This document shows, piece after piece, positions 1 to 11,779 of a DNA stretch of 64,000 nucleotides. The stretch comes from an uncultured Acidimicrobiales bacterium (GTDB lineage Bacteria; Actinomycetota; Acidimicrobiia; Acidimicrobiales; UBA8190). Below the pieces are notes generated by a model. It made no database searches. It was not told the DNA's origin and worked only from the letters and a program-made list of their open reading frames with translations. Location of the stretch: assembly GCA_963846125.1 (NCBI GenBank), contig CAWJUR010000001.1, positions 182,835 to 246,834 on the forward strand. The letters are read 5' to 3'. Position 1 is the stretch's first letter. Each line of letters begins with the position of its first letter. The translations under genes were made by a program, and so were the position numbers.

Positions 1-1892
<1,892 letters not shown>

Positions 1893-2717
1893 GTAACTAT
1901 TATGCCATGGGGGACACCGACGGCCAAACGACCCGGGCACAACGTTGGGCCGCGCCCGGTCACCCTCACGGGGCGTGCCCACTCGGCCGCCTCGTCCCCG
2001 CACCGGCCGTGCCGCCCGCAGGGCTCCAAAGTCCCGCGCCAGAAGCGGCCTGGTGGTCATGAACCGGGGGTCGAACGGCGCCCCCGGCCGTCCTCCCCCC
2101 GACTCCCGTCGGAGAATCGAGAACCGGTGGGCCCAATCCGACACCGACGCTCTTCCGGTGGCCCCGGTCGCGACCCTACGACGAGGGCTGGGGCCGGCCC
2201 AGTGCCGAAAGTAAGTTATCCAGGGCCGATGCGGGTCCGGACCGAGGCCGGAGCGGCGAGCCACGCTCAATTCCGCCGCCGATCCACCGCCGACGGGGCG
2301 TCGCGGCCGCCGCAGACCCGGGAAGGACCGGTGACCGGAGCCCGACCAAGGTAGGTGGTATGGCGTTTTTCGATAGAATGGCGGGGAGCCGTCACACCGG
2401 GAGCCTTTTGGGGATCGTTCCTCGGTCTGCACCCGGCGTGAACTGCCTGGAGTTCCAAGCGAAACCAACAGAGAAACACACAACCTGGGTGATCGGGATG
2501 GGCCGATTGTCCCGAAAAAATACTGATCGAACCGAGCGCGCAGATGCTGGGCTTCGCGTGACCGCAGTATCGGGTTCGACCACCGCCGCAGCGCACATGC
2601 ATGGCCGCAGTGACCGTCCCAACCCCCGGGGGACTGCGGCGAAATGACAGGACAGGGCGCCCACATCCGGGTGCCGAATCGCCGGCGTGATGCGACGGTG
2701 ACCAGAAGGAGACGTCG

Positions 2718-3656
2718 ATGGCGATGAAGCGTGGGGATGGCGACGATGCCGACCTCGTCAAGCTCTACCTGAGGGACATCGGGCGGTATCCACTGCTCAC
2801 CAAGGACGACGAGGCCCGATTGGCGCAAGCCATCGAAGCCGGCCATGAGGCCGCAGCCGCCCTCGCCGACCCCAACACCAAGCCCACGCCGGCCAAGAAG
2901 CGCGAGCTGAAGCGGATCCAGTACGCGGCGGCCGCCGCCCAGCAGACCTTCGTCTCGTCGAACCTCCGCCTCGTGGTGTCGATCGCCAAGAAATACCAAG
3001 CCTCAGGACTGCCTCTGCTCGACCTGGTCCAGGAAGGCAACCTGGGCCTGATCCACGCCGTGGAGAAGTTCGACTGGCGCAAGGGCTTCAAGTTCTCGAC
3101 CTATGCCACGTGGTGGATCCGCCAGGCCATCACCCGCGGCATCGCCAACACGGGGCGCACCATCCGCCTTCCCGTGCACGCCGGCGACATGCTCAGCGCG
3201 GTCCAAAAGGCCCAGGGCTTCTTGGAGTCGAAGCTGGGCCGCCAACCCACCGTGGACGAGCTCGCCATCGAGACCACCCTGTCCTACGAGACGCTGACCG
3301 ACGTCCTGCGGTGGCGCTCTGAGCCCCTGTCACTGTCCGAGCCGCTGCGCGAGGACGGCGACGCCGATCTCGGGGACGTCGTCGCCGACGTCAACGCCAC
3401 CTCGCCCTTCGACCACGCCGCCGAGGCGTTGCTGGTGGACGAGATCAACGAGCTCCTCGCCCCCCTCGACGACCGCGAGGCGAGCATCTTGCGCCTGCGC
3501 TTCGGCCTCGATCGCGGCGAGCCCCGCACCCTCGAAGAAGTCGGCCAGCACTTCAACCTGACCCGGGAGCGGATCCGCCAGATCGAGGCCCGGGCCATGT
3601 CGAAGCTGCGCCACCCCTCGTCGGACACCGGCGCGCGCGACCTTCTCACCGGCTGA
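2718..3656 (+). CDS. RNA polymerase sigma-70 family factor, group 1/2-like (SigB/HrdB-like, 312 aa)
   Basis: Regions 1.2 to 4 are recognisable: YLRDIGRYPLLT, NLRLVVSIAKKY, EGNLGLIHAVEKFD, FSTYATWWIRQAITR, LTRERIRQIEARAMSKLR. An AAGGAG Shine-Dalgarno sequence lies about 7 nt before the ATG. Confidence 0.93.
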   Translation: MAMKRGDGDDADLVKLYLRDIGRYPLLTKDDEARLAQAIEAGHEAAAALADPNTKPTPAKKRELKRIQYAAAAAQQTFVSSNLRLVVSIAKKYQASGLPLLDLVQEGNLGLIHAVEKFDWRKGFKFSTYATWWIRQAITRGIANTGRTIRLPVHAGDMLSAVQKAQGFLESKLGRQPTVDELAIETTLSYETLTDVLRWRSEPLSLSEPLREDGDADLGDVVADVNATSPFDHAAEALLVDEINELLAPLDDREASILRLRFGLDRGEPRTLEEVGQHFNLTRERIRQIEARAMSKLRHPSSDTGARDLLTG

Positions 3657-3697
3657 CACCTCACCGGCTGAAGCCCCACCCACCCCCCGTCGGCCCC

Positions 3698-5607
3698 GTG
3701 TCGCTGCGCAGCCGCCACGCCACGAGCCCGGCCAAACCGGGCCCGGGCCGGGACCGTCCCCCCGCTCCCGCCCCACCCCCGCCGCCCCGGTGGCGGACCT
3801 GGCTGCTGCCTCTCGGGCTGGTGCTCACGGTCCTGCTCCTGTTCGCGCCCCACATGTCGTCGACGCCCACCCACGACTACACCTACACCAAGTTCCTCTC
3901 CGAGGTGCACGCCAAGAACATCCGCACGGCCTCGATCAACCCCAGTGGCGCCGTCAGCGGAGCGCTCAAAAAAGGCGGCAACTACACGAGCCAGATACCC
4001 CGTCGCCATCAACGACACCTCGCTGGCGCCCACGCTCAAGGCCGAGGGGGTGGCCGTCACCGGGGTCGGATCCACGTCGAGTCTCGTCGAGACCCTGTTG
4101 TCGTTCCTGCCCTTCTTGTTCCTCATCGGCGTGTTCTTGTACATCGGGCGCAGCCTCGCGCCGGCAACTGGCGGGCGGCCTCATGGGCATCGGGGGATCG
4201 AAGGCCAAGGTCTACGACGAGTCCCGTCCCTCGACCCGGTTCTCCGACGTGGCCGGGTACGACGGGGCCAAGCGCGAGGTCGCCGAGGTCGTCGACTTCC
4301 TGAAGAACCCCGAGCGCTACGCCAAGGCCGGCGCCGTGGGCCCGCGCGGTGTCCTCATGGTCGGGCCCCCCGGCACGGGCAAGACCCTCATGGCCAGAGC
4401 CGTGGCCGGCGAAGCCGAGGTCCCCTTCCTCGCCCTCACCGGGTCGAGCTTCGTGGAGCTGTTCGTCGGGGTGGGGGCGTCGCGGGTCCGCGACCTCTTC
4501 GCCGATGCCCGCAAGCGGGCCCCGTCGATCATCTTCATCGACGAGATCGACGCCATCGGCCAGCGCCGGGGTGGGTCGATCGTGTCCAACGACGAGCGCG
4601 AGCAGACCCTCAACCAGCTCCTGGCCGAGATGGACGGCTTCGAACCGGGCACCGGCGTCGTCGTCATCGCGGCGACCAACCGGCCCGAGGTCCTCGACCC
4701 GGCGCTGCTCCGCCCGGGACGCTTCGACCGCGAGGTGGAGATCCCCCTCCCCAACCAGGCCGAGCGCACCGCCATCCTCTCGGTCCACAGCAAGGGAAAG
4801 CAGCTCGCCAAGGACGTCGACCTCGGCGCGGTGGCCCGGGCCACGCCGGGATTCTCCGGAGCCGATCTCGCCAACCTCATCAACGAGGGCGCCATCGTGG
4901 CGGTGCGACACGACCGTAACGTCATCAGCGCCCAGGACATCGACGAAGCCCGCGACCGCATCACCCTGGGCCGGCGCGACGCGTCCAACGCGCTGCTCCC
5001 CGCCGAGAAGCACGCCGTGGCGGTCCACGAGTCGGGCCACGCCTTGGTGGCGCTGCTGTCCGAGCACGCCGACCCTGTGGCCAAGGTCACGATCCTGCCC
5101 TCGGGCCGCGCCCTCGGTGTCACCGAGCAGCTGCCCGTGGACGAACGCCACCTCTACACCGAGAGCTACCTCCACGACTCGCTCGCCATCCGCCTGGGCG
5201 GCCGGGCCGCCGAGGTCATCGTGCTCGGCGAGGCCTCCACGGGGGCGGCCAACGACCTGGCGGGAGCGACCGACCTCGCCCTGCGCATGGTGCGGGAGTG
5301 GGGACTGTCGGACCGCCTCGGCCCCATCGGCTACGGCGCCGACGGACCGGGCTACCTCGGGGGCGGGCCCTTGGGCCAGTCCCGTCCCTACGCCGAGGCC
5401 ACCCAGCGCGCCATCGACGAAGAGGTGAGCCGCCTGCTGGCCGAGGCCGAAGCGCGCGCCACCACGGTGCTGACCGCGAACCGCGCCGCGCTCGACTGGG
5501 TGGTCGGGGTCCTGCTCGAGAAGGAGACCATCACCGGCCAGGAGCTCACCGACGCCGTCCGGGCGTCGCGCACACCCCGTCCCGACACCGCGTCCAAGCC
5601 GGCCTGA
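3698..5607 (+). pseudogene. ftsH: ATP-dependent zinc metalloprotease FtsH, reading frame interrupted twice in the N-terminal membrane/periplasmic part
   Basis: Recognisable motifs are AAA+ Walker A GPPGTGKT, Walker [10 protein letters not shown] and the zinc site HESGHA, with the C-terminal protease domain in ORF 3790..5607. TM1 plus the start of the periplasmic domain is in the frame of ORF 3698..4303, up to about 4000. The rest of the periplasmic domain and TM2 (LVETLLSFLPFLFLIGVFLYIG) are in the frame of ORF 3945..4919, up to about 4160. There is an extra C in the run ATACCCCGTC and a second +1 shift in CTCGCGCCGGCAA. Confidence 0.9.
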
Positions 5608-5650
5608 GCGCCGAGCTAGACCCGACGCTGCATCGAGCGACCGTCGCCTC

Positions 5651-5710
5651 AGGGTCGGCGATGATCAGGGTCGGGGATGATCAGGTCGGCGATGATCAGG
5701 GTCGGCGACC
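5651..5710. repeat. About 3.7 tandem copies of a 16-bp unit (AGGGTCGGCGATGATC)
   Basis: Read directly: agggtcggcgatgatc / agggtcggggatgatc / aggtcggcgatgatc / agggtcggcgacc. The array lies in the convergent gap between ftsH and the DinB-like gene and overlaps the stop of the latter. Confidence 0.85.
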
Positions 5711-6253
5711 GAGAAAAGCAGCCAGTCGAGTGGTCGCCGATGCGTCGGGATCGACGGTGACGATCTCGCCGAAGGCCATGTCGGCCCCTCGGTACTCGGG
5801 CGGCAGGGTGCGCTGCGCCCTCGCCAAGGTGTCACTCGACTCTTCTTCGGTGAACGGGATCTCCTGCCCGGTGGCCACCGCGAGATCCCACCCGTGAACC
5901 AGGTATTCCATGACCGTCATGTTGAAGACCATCTCGCCGGGCATCTCACCGCTCGTGATGCGCACCGGGCGGTCCAGTCCGTACTCCTCCCAGCCCGCCA
6001 CGAGGCTCCGGGCCGAGGTGCGAAACTCCTCGGCCGGATCGGAGCCGAACTGATACGCCGAAGCGTCGCCTTCGAACGTGCGACCGTGACACCCCGCGTC
6101 GAACACCTGGATCCAACCGATGATGTGATTGGTCAGTGCCCGCACGTCGAACTCCGTGCAGGGCGTGGGACGCTCCCACTGGTCGTCCCCGACGCCGTCG
6201 ATGACGTTCCCGGTTTTCGTGAGGATCCCGGCCAGAAGTGCGTTCTCGTCCAT
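5696..6253 (-). CDS. TIGR03086-family / mycothiol maleylpyruvate isomerase N-terminal (DinB-like) domain protein
   Basis: MDENALLAGILTKTGNVIDGVGDDQWERPTPCTEFDVRALTNHIIGW...MEYLVHGWDLAVATG...RLAAFLGRRP is typical of the actinobacterial TIGR03086 family. I chose the internal ATG at 6253 because the longer ORF (to 6418) only adds antisense translation of a microsatellite. Confidence 0.8.
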   Translation of the reverse strand: MDENALLAGILTKTGNVIDGVGDDQWERPTPCTEFDVRALTNHIIGWIQVFDAGCHGRTFEGDASAYQFGSDPAEEFRTSARSLVAGWEEYGLDRPVRITSGEMPGEMVFNMTVMEYLVHGWDLAVATGQEIPFTEEESSDTLARAQRTLPPEYRGADMAFGEIVTVDPDASATTRLAAFLGRRP

Positions 6254-6312
6254 CGCCGAGAGGGTACCGGAGTCCGTCTCCGCCCTCCCCGCCATCGAAG
6301 GCCGCCGGTACA

Positions 6313-6885
<573 letters not shown>

Positions 6886-7237
6886 ATGGATCCGTCGCCC
6901 CTGTCCGAGCGTGGCGGAACCTCGGGTTGAAGGAGGTCGGACGCGGCAAAGGAGCCGACACCCCAGGGGGCCCTGTGGATGTCGACTCCTTCACCTCACC
7001 AAGGTCGGACAAGGACAAGGAGCGAACCTCGTCCTCCCTCGCGGCGACCCGTCAGGTGGGCCGGAACGGTCGGAGGGCCCATCGTGTGATCGCCAGCGAC
7101 ACGCCGATCCGTCGGATGAGGTCTCGCATGTTGCCCACGTCTCTCCTTCCCGTCTCTGGAGTTGCCACTCCTTGAAGGATACGGATGGGACGTGAACGGC
7201 AGGGGTCCGCGACATGACGGCCGCGTGAACGAGTTCG

Positions 7238-7462
7238 CTACCTGTTGATGCGGTCCTTCGCCCCCGCGATCCGCAGGATGCGCGCTTGGGTGTCGAGCCA
7301 TTGGGTGGTGCGAGCCAGCTCACGTTCGCGGGGGGCGTGATCACCCTCGGGTCCGTCGGTGATGACCCCACATCGACGGCAGACCGACATCCGTCCGTTG
7401 GTCTCGGGACGATGGTGCTCATCGAGGCGGCTGCCTAACTGCTGTTGCTCAGATGACGCCAT
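7238..7462 (-). CDS. Small hypothetical protein (74 aa)
   Basis: This is the C-terminal part of ORF 7238..8164. The ATG at 7462 is preceded by GGGAGAG. The protein is MASSEQQQLGSRLDEHHRPETNGRMSVCRRCGVITDGPEGDHAPRERELARTTQWLDTQARILRIAGAKDRINR. The rest of the long ORF is antisense to the amidohydrolase gene. Confidence 0.5.
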   Translation of the reverse strand: MASSEQQQLGSRLDEHHRPETNGRMSVCRRCGVITDGPEGDHAPRERELARTTQWLDTQARILRIAGAKDRINR

Positions 7463-7663
7463 GATCTCTCCCGGTCCGACCGACCGTCGCCGGTCACCGA
7501 ACCATGAGGGCCGCAATGCGCTCGAGGTGAGCGGGCCGGCTCTCAAGCCCCACTTTAGGGCGCGGATCGCCGCTACCACCCCGATCCCCCGGGTCGGCCC
7601 GGCCCCCGTGGCCCTGACACGGCCCGCGGCGATCGGCCATACTGGGCCCGAGGAGGCGGGCGA

Positions 7664-8800
7664 GTGACGGTCATCATCGACTCGGACCAGCACCTGTACG
7701 AGAGCCGGACGCTGTGGGCGGACCACATCGATCCCGCCTACACCGACGACGCTCTGGCCATCGTCGACGACGAGATCGGCTACCCATGGCTGACATGGCG
7801 GGGCCAGCGCCTCGACATGGCCGACGTGCAGATCCCGGGCGACACCGCCGTGCTCGGTCGCTATCGCCAGCGGTGTCGGGACCACCTCCCCCCTGAGTAC
7901 AACTACGACGAAGAGCTTCCCGCGCACTACTGGGACCCGTCGGCCCGGGCCAAACACCTCGACGTCATGGGCCTCGACGAGGCGGTGCTGTTCCCGAACT
8001 TCGGCTTGCTGTGGGAGCGCAGGCTGTCGAAGGCGTTGCCCGCGCTGACCGCCAACATGGCGGCGTGGAACCGTTGGTGTGCAACCGTTGTGGCCGAAGG
8101 AAAGGGCCGGCTGCATCCCGTCGCGCACCTGACCTTGCGGGACCCGGAATGGCTCGAAGCCCAACTGGCGGCGCTGGCGTCGAGTGGGGTTCGCCTCGCC
8201 ATGATCGCCCCGGCCGCCATCGACGGGCGTCCCCTGTCACATCCCGACCACGACCGGATGTGGGCGGCCTTCGTCCACCACGGGATCACACCGGTGTTCC
8301 ACGTGGCCGACCAACCCCGCGTCCTCGACGAAGCGTTCTACACCGACCCCGACGACAGCTTCGTGCCCGTGATCGAATCCATCTTCTTGTGGGTGCAGCC
8401 CGCCATCGCCGTCACCGACCTCATCGTCAACGGCACGCTGGCCCGCCATCCTGGATTGCGCATCGGGATCGTGGAGCTGTCCTCGATCTGGGTGCCTCAG
8501 TACCTGATGATGCTCGACGGCGGTTGGGACTTCACGACCTCGCTGAACGGGCGGCCCCTGGCTCCCCTGGAGCTGAGGCCCAGTGACTACTTCCACCGCC
8601 AGGTACGCGTGTCCTCGTTCTCCTACGAACAGCCGGCCCGGCTCACGGCCAAATCCGGAGACCTGTTCATGTGTTGCAGCGACTTCCCCCACTCCGAGGG
8701 GACGTCCACCCCCATCGAGGACTACGCCCGCACCGGCTGCCTCCCCGACGACGCCGACGGGCTGTTCCACAGCAACGTCGCCACTCTCTTGGCTAACTGA
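7664..8800 (+). CDS. Amidohydrolase-2 (PF04909-like, ACMSD/metal-dependent hydrolase) family protein
   Basis: 378-aa ORF with a GTG start. The N-terminal IIDSDQHLYE and C-terminal CCSDFPHSEG metal-ligand-like motifs are typical of the TIM-barrel amidohydrolase-2 family. Confidence 0.8.
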   Translation: MTVIIDSDQHLYESRTLWADHIDPAYTDDALAIVDDEIGYPWLTWRGQRLDMADVQIPGDTAVLGRYRQRCRDHLPPEYNYDEELPAHYWDPSARAKHLDVMGLDEAVLFPNFGLLWERRLSKALPALTANMAAWNRWCATVVAEGKGRLHPVAHLTLRDPEWLEAQLAALASSGVRLAMIAPAAIDGRPLSHPDHDRMWAAFVHHGITPVFHVADQPRVLDEAFYTDPDDSFVPVIESIFLWVQPAIAVTDLIVNGTLARHPGLRIGIVELSSIWVPQYLMMLDGGWDFTTSLNGRPLAPLELRPSDYFHRQVRVSSFSYEQPARLTAKSGDLFMCCSDFPHSEGTSTPIEDYARTGCLPDDADGLFHSNVATLLAN

Positions 8801-8825
8801 CCTTCTCCACCCTGCGGGCCGGGGA

Positions 8826-8889
8826 TGACAGCGGGGCTGGGTGGCGGGCTGGCGGCGGCGGACCGGGTGACAGCGGGGCTGGGTGGCGG
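8826..8889. repeat. Two perfect 22-bp direct repeats (TGACAGCGGGGCTGGGTGGCGG) 42 bp apart
   Basis: Copies at 8826..8847 and 8868..8889, in the 106-bp gap upstream of the amine oxidase gene. Confidence 0.9.
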
Positions 8890-8906
8890 CGGCGAAGCAG
8901 ACGCGC

Positions 8907-10294
8907 ATGGCCCGGGATTACGGTGCAACCCGAATGCCCGAACGGATCGACGCCGATGTGTGTGTGGTGGGTGCCGGCTACGCCGGGCTGTCGGCAGCGC
9001 TGCGGCTGCACCAGGGCGGCAAGTCGGTGGTCGTCCTCGAAGCGCGTCGCCCGGGTCGGCGGCCGAATCTGGACCGAGCACCTGTCCGACGGCACGGCGG
9101 TGGACCGTGGCGGAGCGTGGCTCGCGCCGAGACACGAGGCGATGTTCGGGCTCGCCCGCGACTTCGGCGTGTCCACCTACAAGACCTGGGTCAACGGTGC
9201 CCACCTCCTCGTCGACGACGGTCGGCTGCTGCGCTACCGGGGGCTCATCCCGAAGATCAGCCCCCTCGCCGTCGCCACCATCGCGCTCGCCCAGGCTCGG
9301 CTGGACTGGACCTCCAAGCTCGTTCCCCTCGACGCCCCGTGGACGGCGAAACGAGCGCAGGCATGGGACTCGCGCTCGGTGGCCTCGTGGATGGAGCGAT
9401 CCGGCATTCGGACCGCCATCGCCCGTGACCTCTTCGACATGGCGGTGCGCGGCCTGTTCACGGGGAGCCTGGCCGAGACGTCCTACCTCCATCTGCTCTT
9501 CCTCATCCGAGCCCACGGAAGCATCAACACGCTCTTCTCGATAAAAGGTGGTGCTCAGGAGAACATGATGGAAGGCGGCGCCGGGTTGATCGCGGCACGC
9601 ATCGCCGAGTCCCTGGGTGATGCCGTGCGCCTGGCTCAGCCCGTCCGTTCCATCACCCAACACCAAGACCACGTCGAGGTCACCGCCACCGACGTCACGG
9701 TGTCGGCACGTCACGCCGTGGTATGCGTCCCTCCGGTGCTCGCCCTCGAGATCGCCTTCGACCCGGCACTATCCCCGGACCGGCGCTCCCTCTACAGCAG
9801 CGCCATCGCAGGACCGGAATCGAAGACCCTCGTCGTGTACGACGAGCCGTTCTGGCGGGCCGAGGGTTTCAGCGGCCAGAGCGCCGATCCCGGATCGGCC
9901 GCCGAGGTCACCCTCGACGCCTCGCCGGCGGCAGGGAAACCCGGAGTGATCGCCTCGTTCACCTTCGCCCATGTGGCGGAGCGACTCGCCACGCTCGACG
10001 AGGGCGAGCGGCGGGGCGCCGTACTCGACGCGCTCGACGGCCAGGTTCGGAGCCGCGCGCCGCATCACCGGTCGATTTCATCGAGACAGCGTGGTGGACC
10101 GAACCGTGGACGCGGGGGTGCTCGATGGCACACTTCCCCCCGGGCTCCTCACCCGGTACGGGCCGCTGCTGCGCGAGCCCTTCGGACGGGTCCACTGGGC
10201 CGGCACCGAGACCTCGACCCGCTCCCACGGTGCCATCGACGGCGCCGTGCTGTCCGGGCAGCGGGCCGCGGGCGAGATCCTCGATCGCACCTAG
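8907..10294 (+). pseudogene. FAD-dependent amine oxidase (monoamine/putrescine oxidase-like), four frame breaks
   Basis: The dinucleotide fold DVCVVGAGYAGLSAALRL..VVVLEAR is in the frame of ORF 8883. VGGRIWTEH through VLDALDGQ is in the frame of ORF 8923. ASPVDFIETAWWTEPWTRGCSMAHFPPG is in the frame of ORF 9723. LLTRYGPLLREPFGRVHWAGTETS...ILDRT-stop is in the frame of ORF 9971. Breaks are near 9043, 10044, 10058 and 10138. Confidence 0.85.
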
Positions 10295-10559
10295 GAGACG
10301 CACCGGCCCCGACCTGCGCTCATCCGCCCCGAGCCCCGTCAGGAACCGGGCGGCGGGACACGGCGACCGAGCCAGACCGACCCTGGCCGGGACCTGGGGC
10401 GCGCCCGACCCAGGCCAGGCCGGCGCTATCCTGGCGGCGCGTCGTGACAGCGCACCCTGTCAGCACGTCATGGTAGGGTGACAACCCGCTGGTCATCCCC
10501 CGTTTTCACGCACAACTCGTCTGGCGACTCGTGGGGGATGCGGGGGCAGCTGCGCGACG

Positions 10560-10596
10560 GGGCGTGGGGACCGCCCGCCAAGGTCCCTACGCCCCG
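10560..10596. other. Strong GC-rich hairpin (14-bp stem, 9-nt loop) inside a 750-bp non-coding gap
   Basis: GGGGCGTGGGGACC (10560..10573) pairs with GGTCCCTACGCCCC (10583..10596), with one G-U pair if transcribed from the + strand. No U-tract follows. Confidence 0.5.
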
Positions 10597-11040
10597 GTCG
10601 CGCTCGAGAACGACATCGCACCGAGCCCCGTCGCCAGCGCTCAACGATTGCTCGGTTGCGTCGTGGGCGGCCCGTGCAGGGTGTCAGCGTCCGACGTGGG
10701 AGCCGCCAGGCCTTGTGACCTTGGGGGGCAGGGCCTGGCGGTTCCCGCATCGCACTGCGCAGCCCCCGTTGGAGAGCTGCACAGGCATCCTGACGGGGAC
10801 GATCATGACGCGAGTGTCCCCCAAGCGGCATCGTCAACAATGATGAGCACGACGGACTGTCGCAACGGCACAAGCCACTGACACCCTGCCAGTCCAATCC
10901 GTCATTTGGTGTCGTCGGCGCTACGGTATGACGCCCGCGAGATGAGGATCGGACCTCCACCACTAGGGCTCCGATGCCACGGTTCACGCGTACTCGCCGG
11001 GCGGACAACGAGGCAGGCGGTCCTTTGAAAGAAGTCTTCA

Positions 11041-11724
11041 ATGGATAAGGCACCCGAGGAGAGCCCTCCCTCATTGGCGGAGGACCAACAACGGCTGACG
11101 CGGGCTCGCATCAGACGAGCCGCCATGGATGTCGTGGCACGACGCGGCTTCGACGCCACCGTCGACGAGATCGCCAAAGCCTCGGGGGTGAGCCCCCGGA
11201 CCATCTTCCGCCACTACTCGACGCACGACCTCTTGATCGTGACGACGGTCAAGGACATGTATGACGCCTGCGGGCGCAGCCCCATCGAGGGTCTGCCCAC
11301 TCCTGAGGAGAACCTGGACGGCTGGATCGAGGGCCTGGCCGTGACCATCCACACCAGAAACGCCGAGATCCTGGGAGACGCATTCTGGGACATCCACGCT
11401 CCCCGCCACAACGCCTCCGACGCGTTACAAGCGTTGGACACCTTCCGGCGTGACTACCGCATCCGGGGGGTCAGACACCTGGTCGGCCGGGCGTGGGCTA
11501 CAGCGGGTGGAACGGGCGGGCCTCCCGAGGACCTGGTACTGACCTTCGCCCTCAACTTCTCCGCCTTCACCACCCAAGCGCTCATGGTCGACTTCGACTG
11601 CACGCCGAGCCAGATCGGGGCCCTGACCGCCGACCTCCTGAAGATGCGCCTCCGTCAAGCCGTGGAGCGACAGCGATCGTCCCGGGGAGATCATGCGCAC
11701 GACACAGGCGGATCCGAGCGCTGA
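11041..11724 (+). CDS. TetR/AcrR-family transcriptional regulator
   Basis: The N-terminal HTH RIRRAAMDVVARRGFDATVDEIAKASGVSPRTIFRHYSTHD is the TetR_N signature. Confidence 0.9.
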   Translation: MDKAPEESPPSLAEDQQRLTRARIRRAAMDVVARRGFDATVDEIAKASGVSPRTIFRHYSTHDLLIVTTVKDMYDACGRSPIEGLPTPEENLDGWIEGLAVTIHTRNAEILGDAFWDIHAPRHNASDALQALDTFRRDYRIRGVRHLVGRAWATAGGTGGPPEDLVLTFALNFSAFTTQALMVDFDCTPSQIGALTADLLKMRLRQAVERQRSSRGDHAHDTGGSER

Positions 11725-11779
11725 CCGTACGCGGCGATCGACCTGATCCGGAGAGTGTCTCGCGCCGCCGGTCTCCCAC

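Noticed and set aside
2374-2379. A TAGAAT hexamer as the -10 element of the sigma-factor promoter.
   Set aside because: No convincing -35 element lies at the right spacing, and there is no experimental support. It is mentioned only inside the leader finding.
4123-5175. Long antisense ORFs opposite ftsH (4123..5175 and 4317..5123). The same pattern occurs opposite the MMPL gene (35350..36501, 35934..36440) and the surface protein (31991..32788).
   Set aside because: These are shadow ORFs. The opposite strand carries strongly conserved motifs, and the shadows have biased Arg/Gly/Asp/His or Val/Asp composition.
7052-7138. A 28-aa reverse-strand ORF (VGNMRDLIRRIGVSLAITRWALRPFRPT) preceded by GGAAGGAGAG.
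   Set aside because: The RBS is good, but the ORF is very short, has no recognisable family and cannot be tested for conservation here. It is not reported as a feature.
10531-10881. A 116-aa Cys-containing ORF in the orphan intergenic region. Its first third shows high third-position GC.
   Set aside because: It has no start context and no family resemblance, and the composition turns non-coding in the second half. It could be a relic. It is left to the blastx check proposed in the findings.
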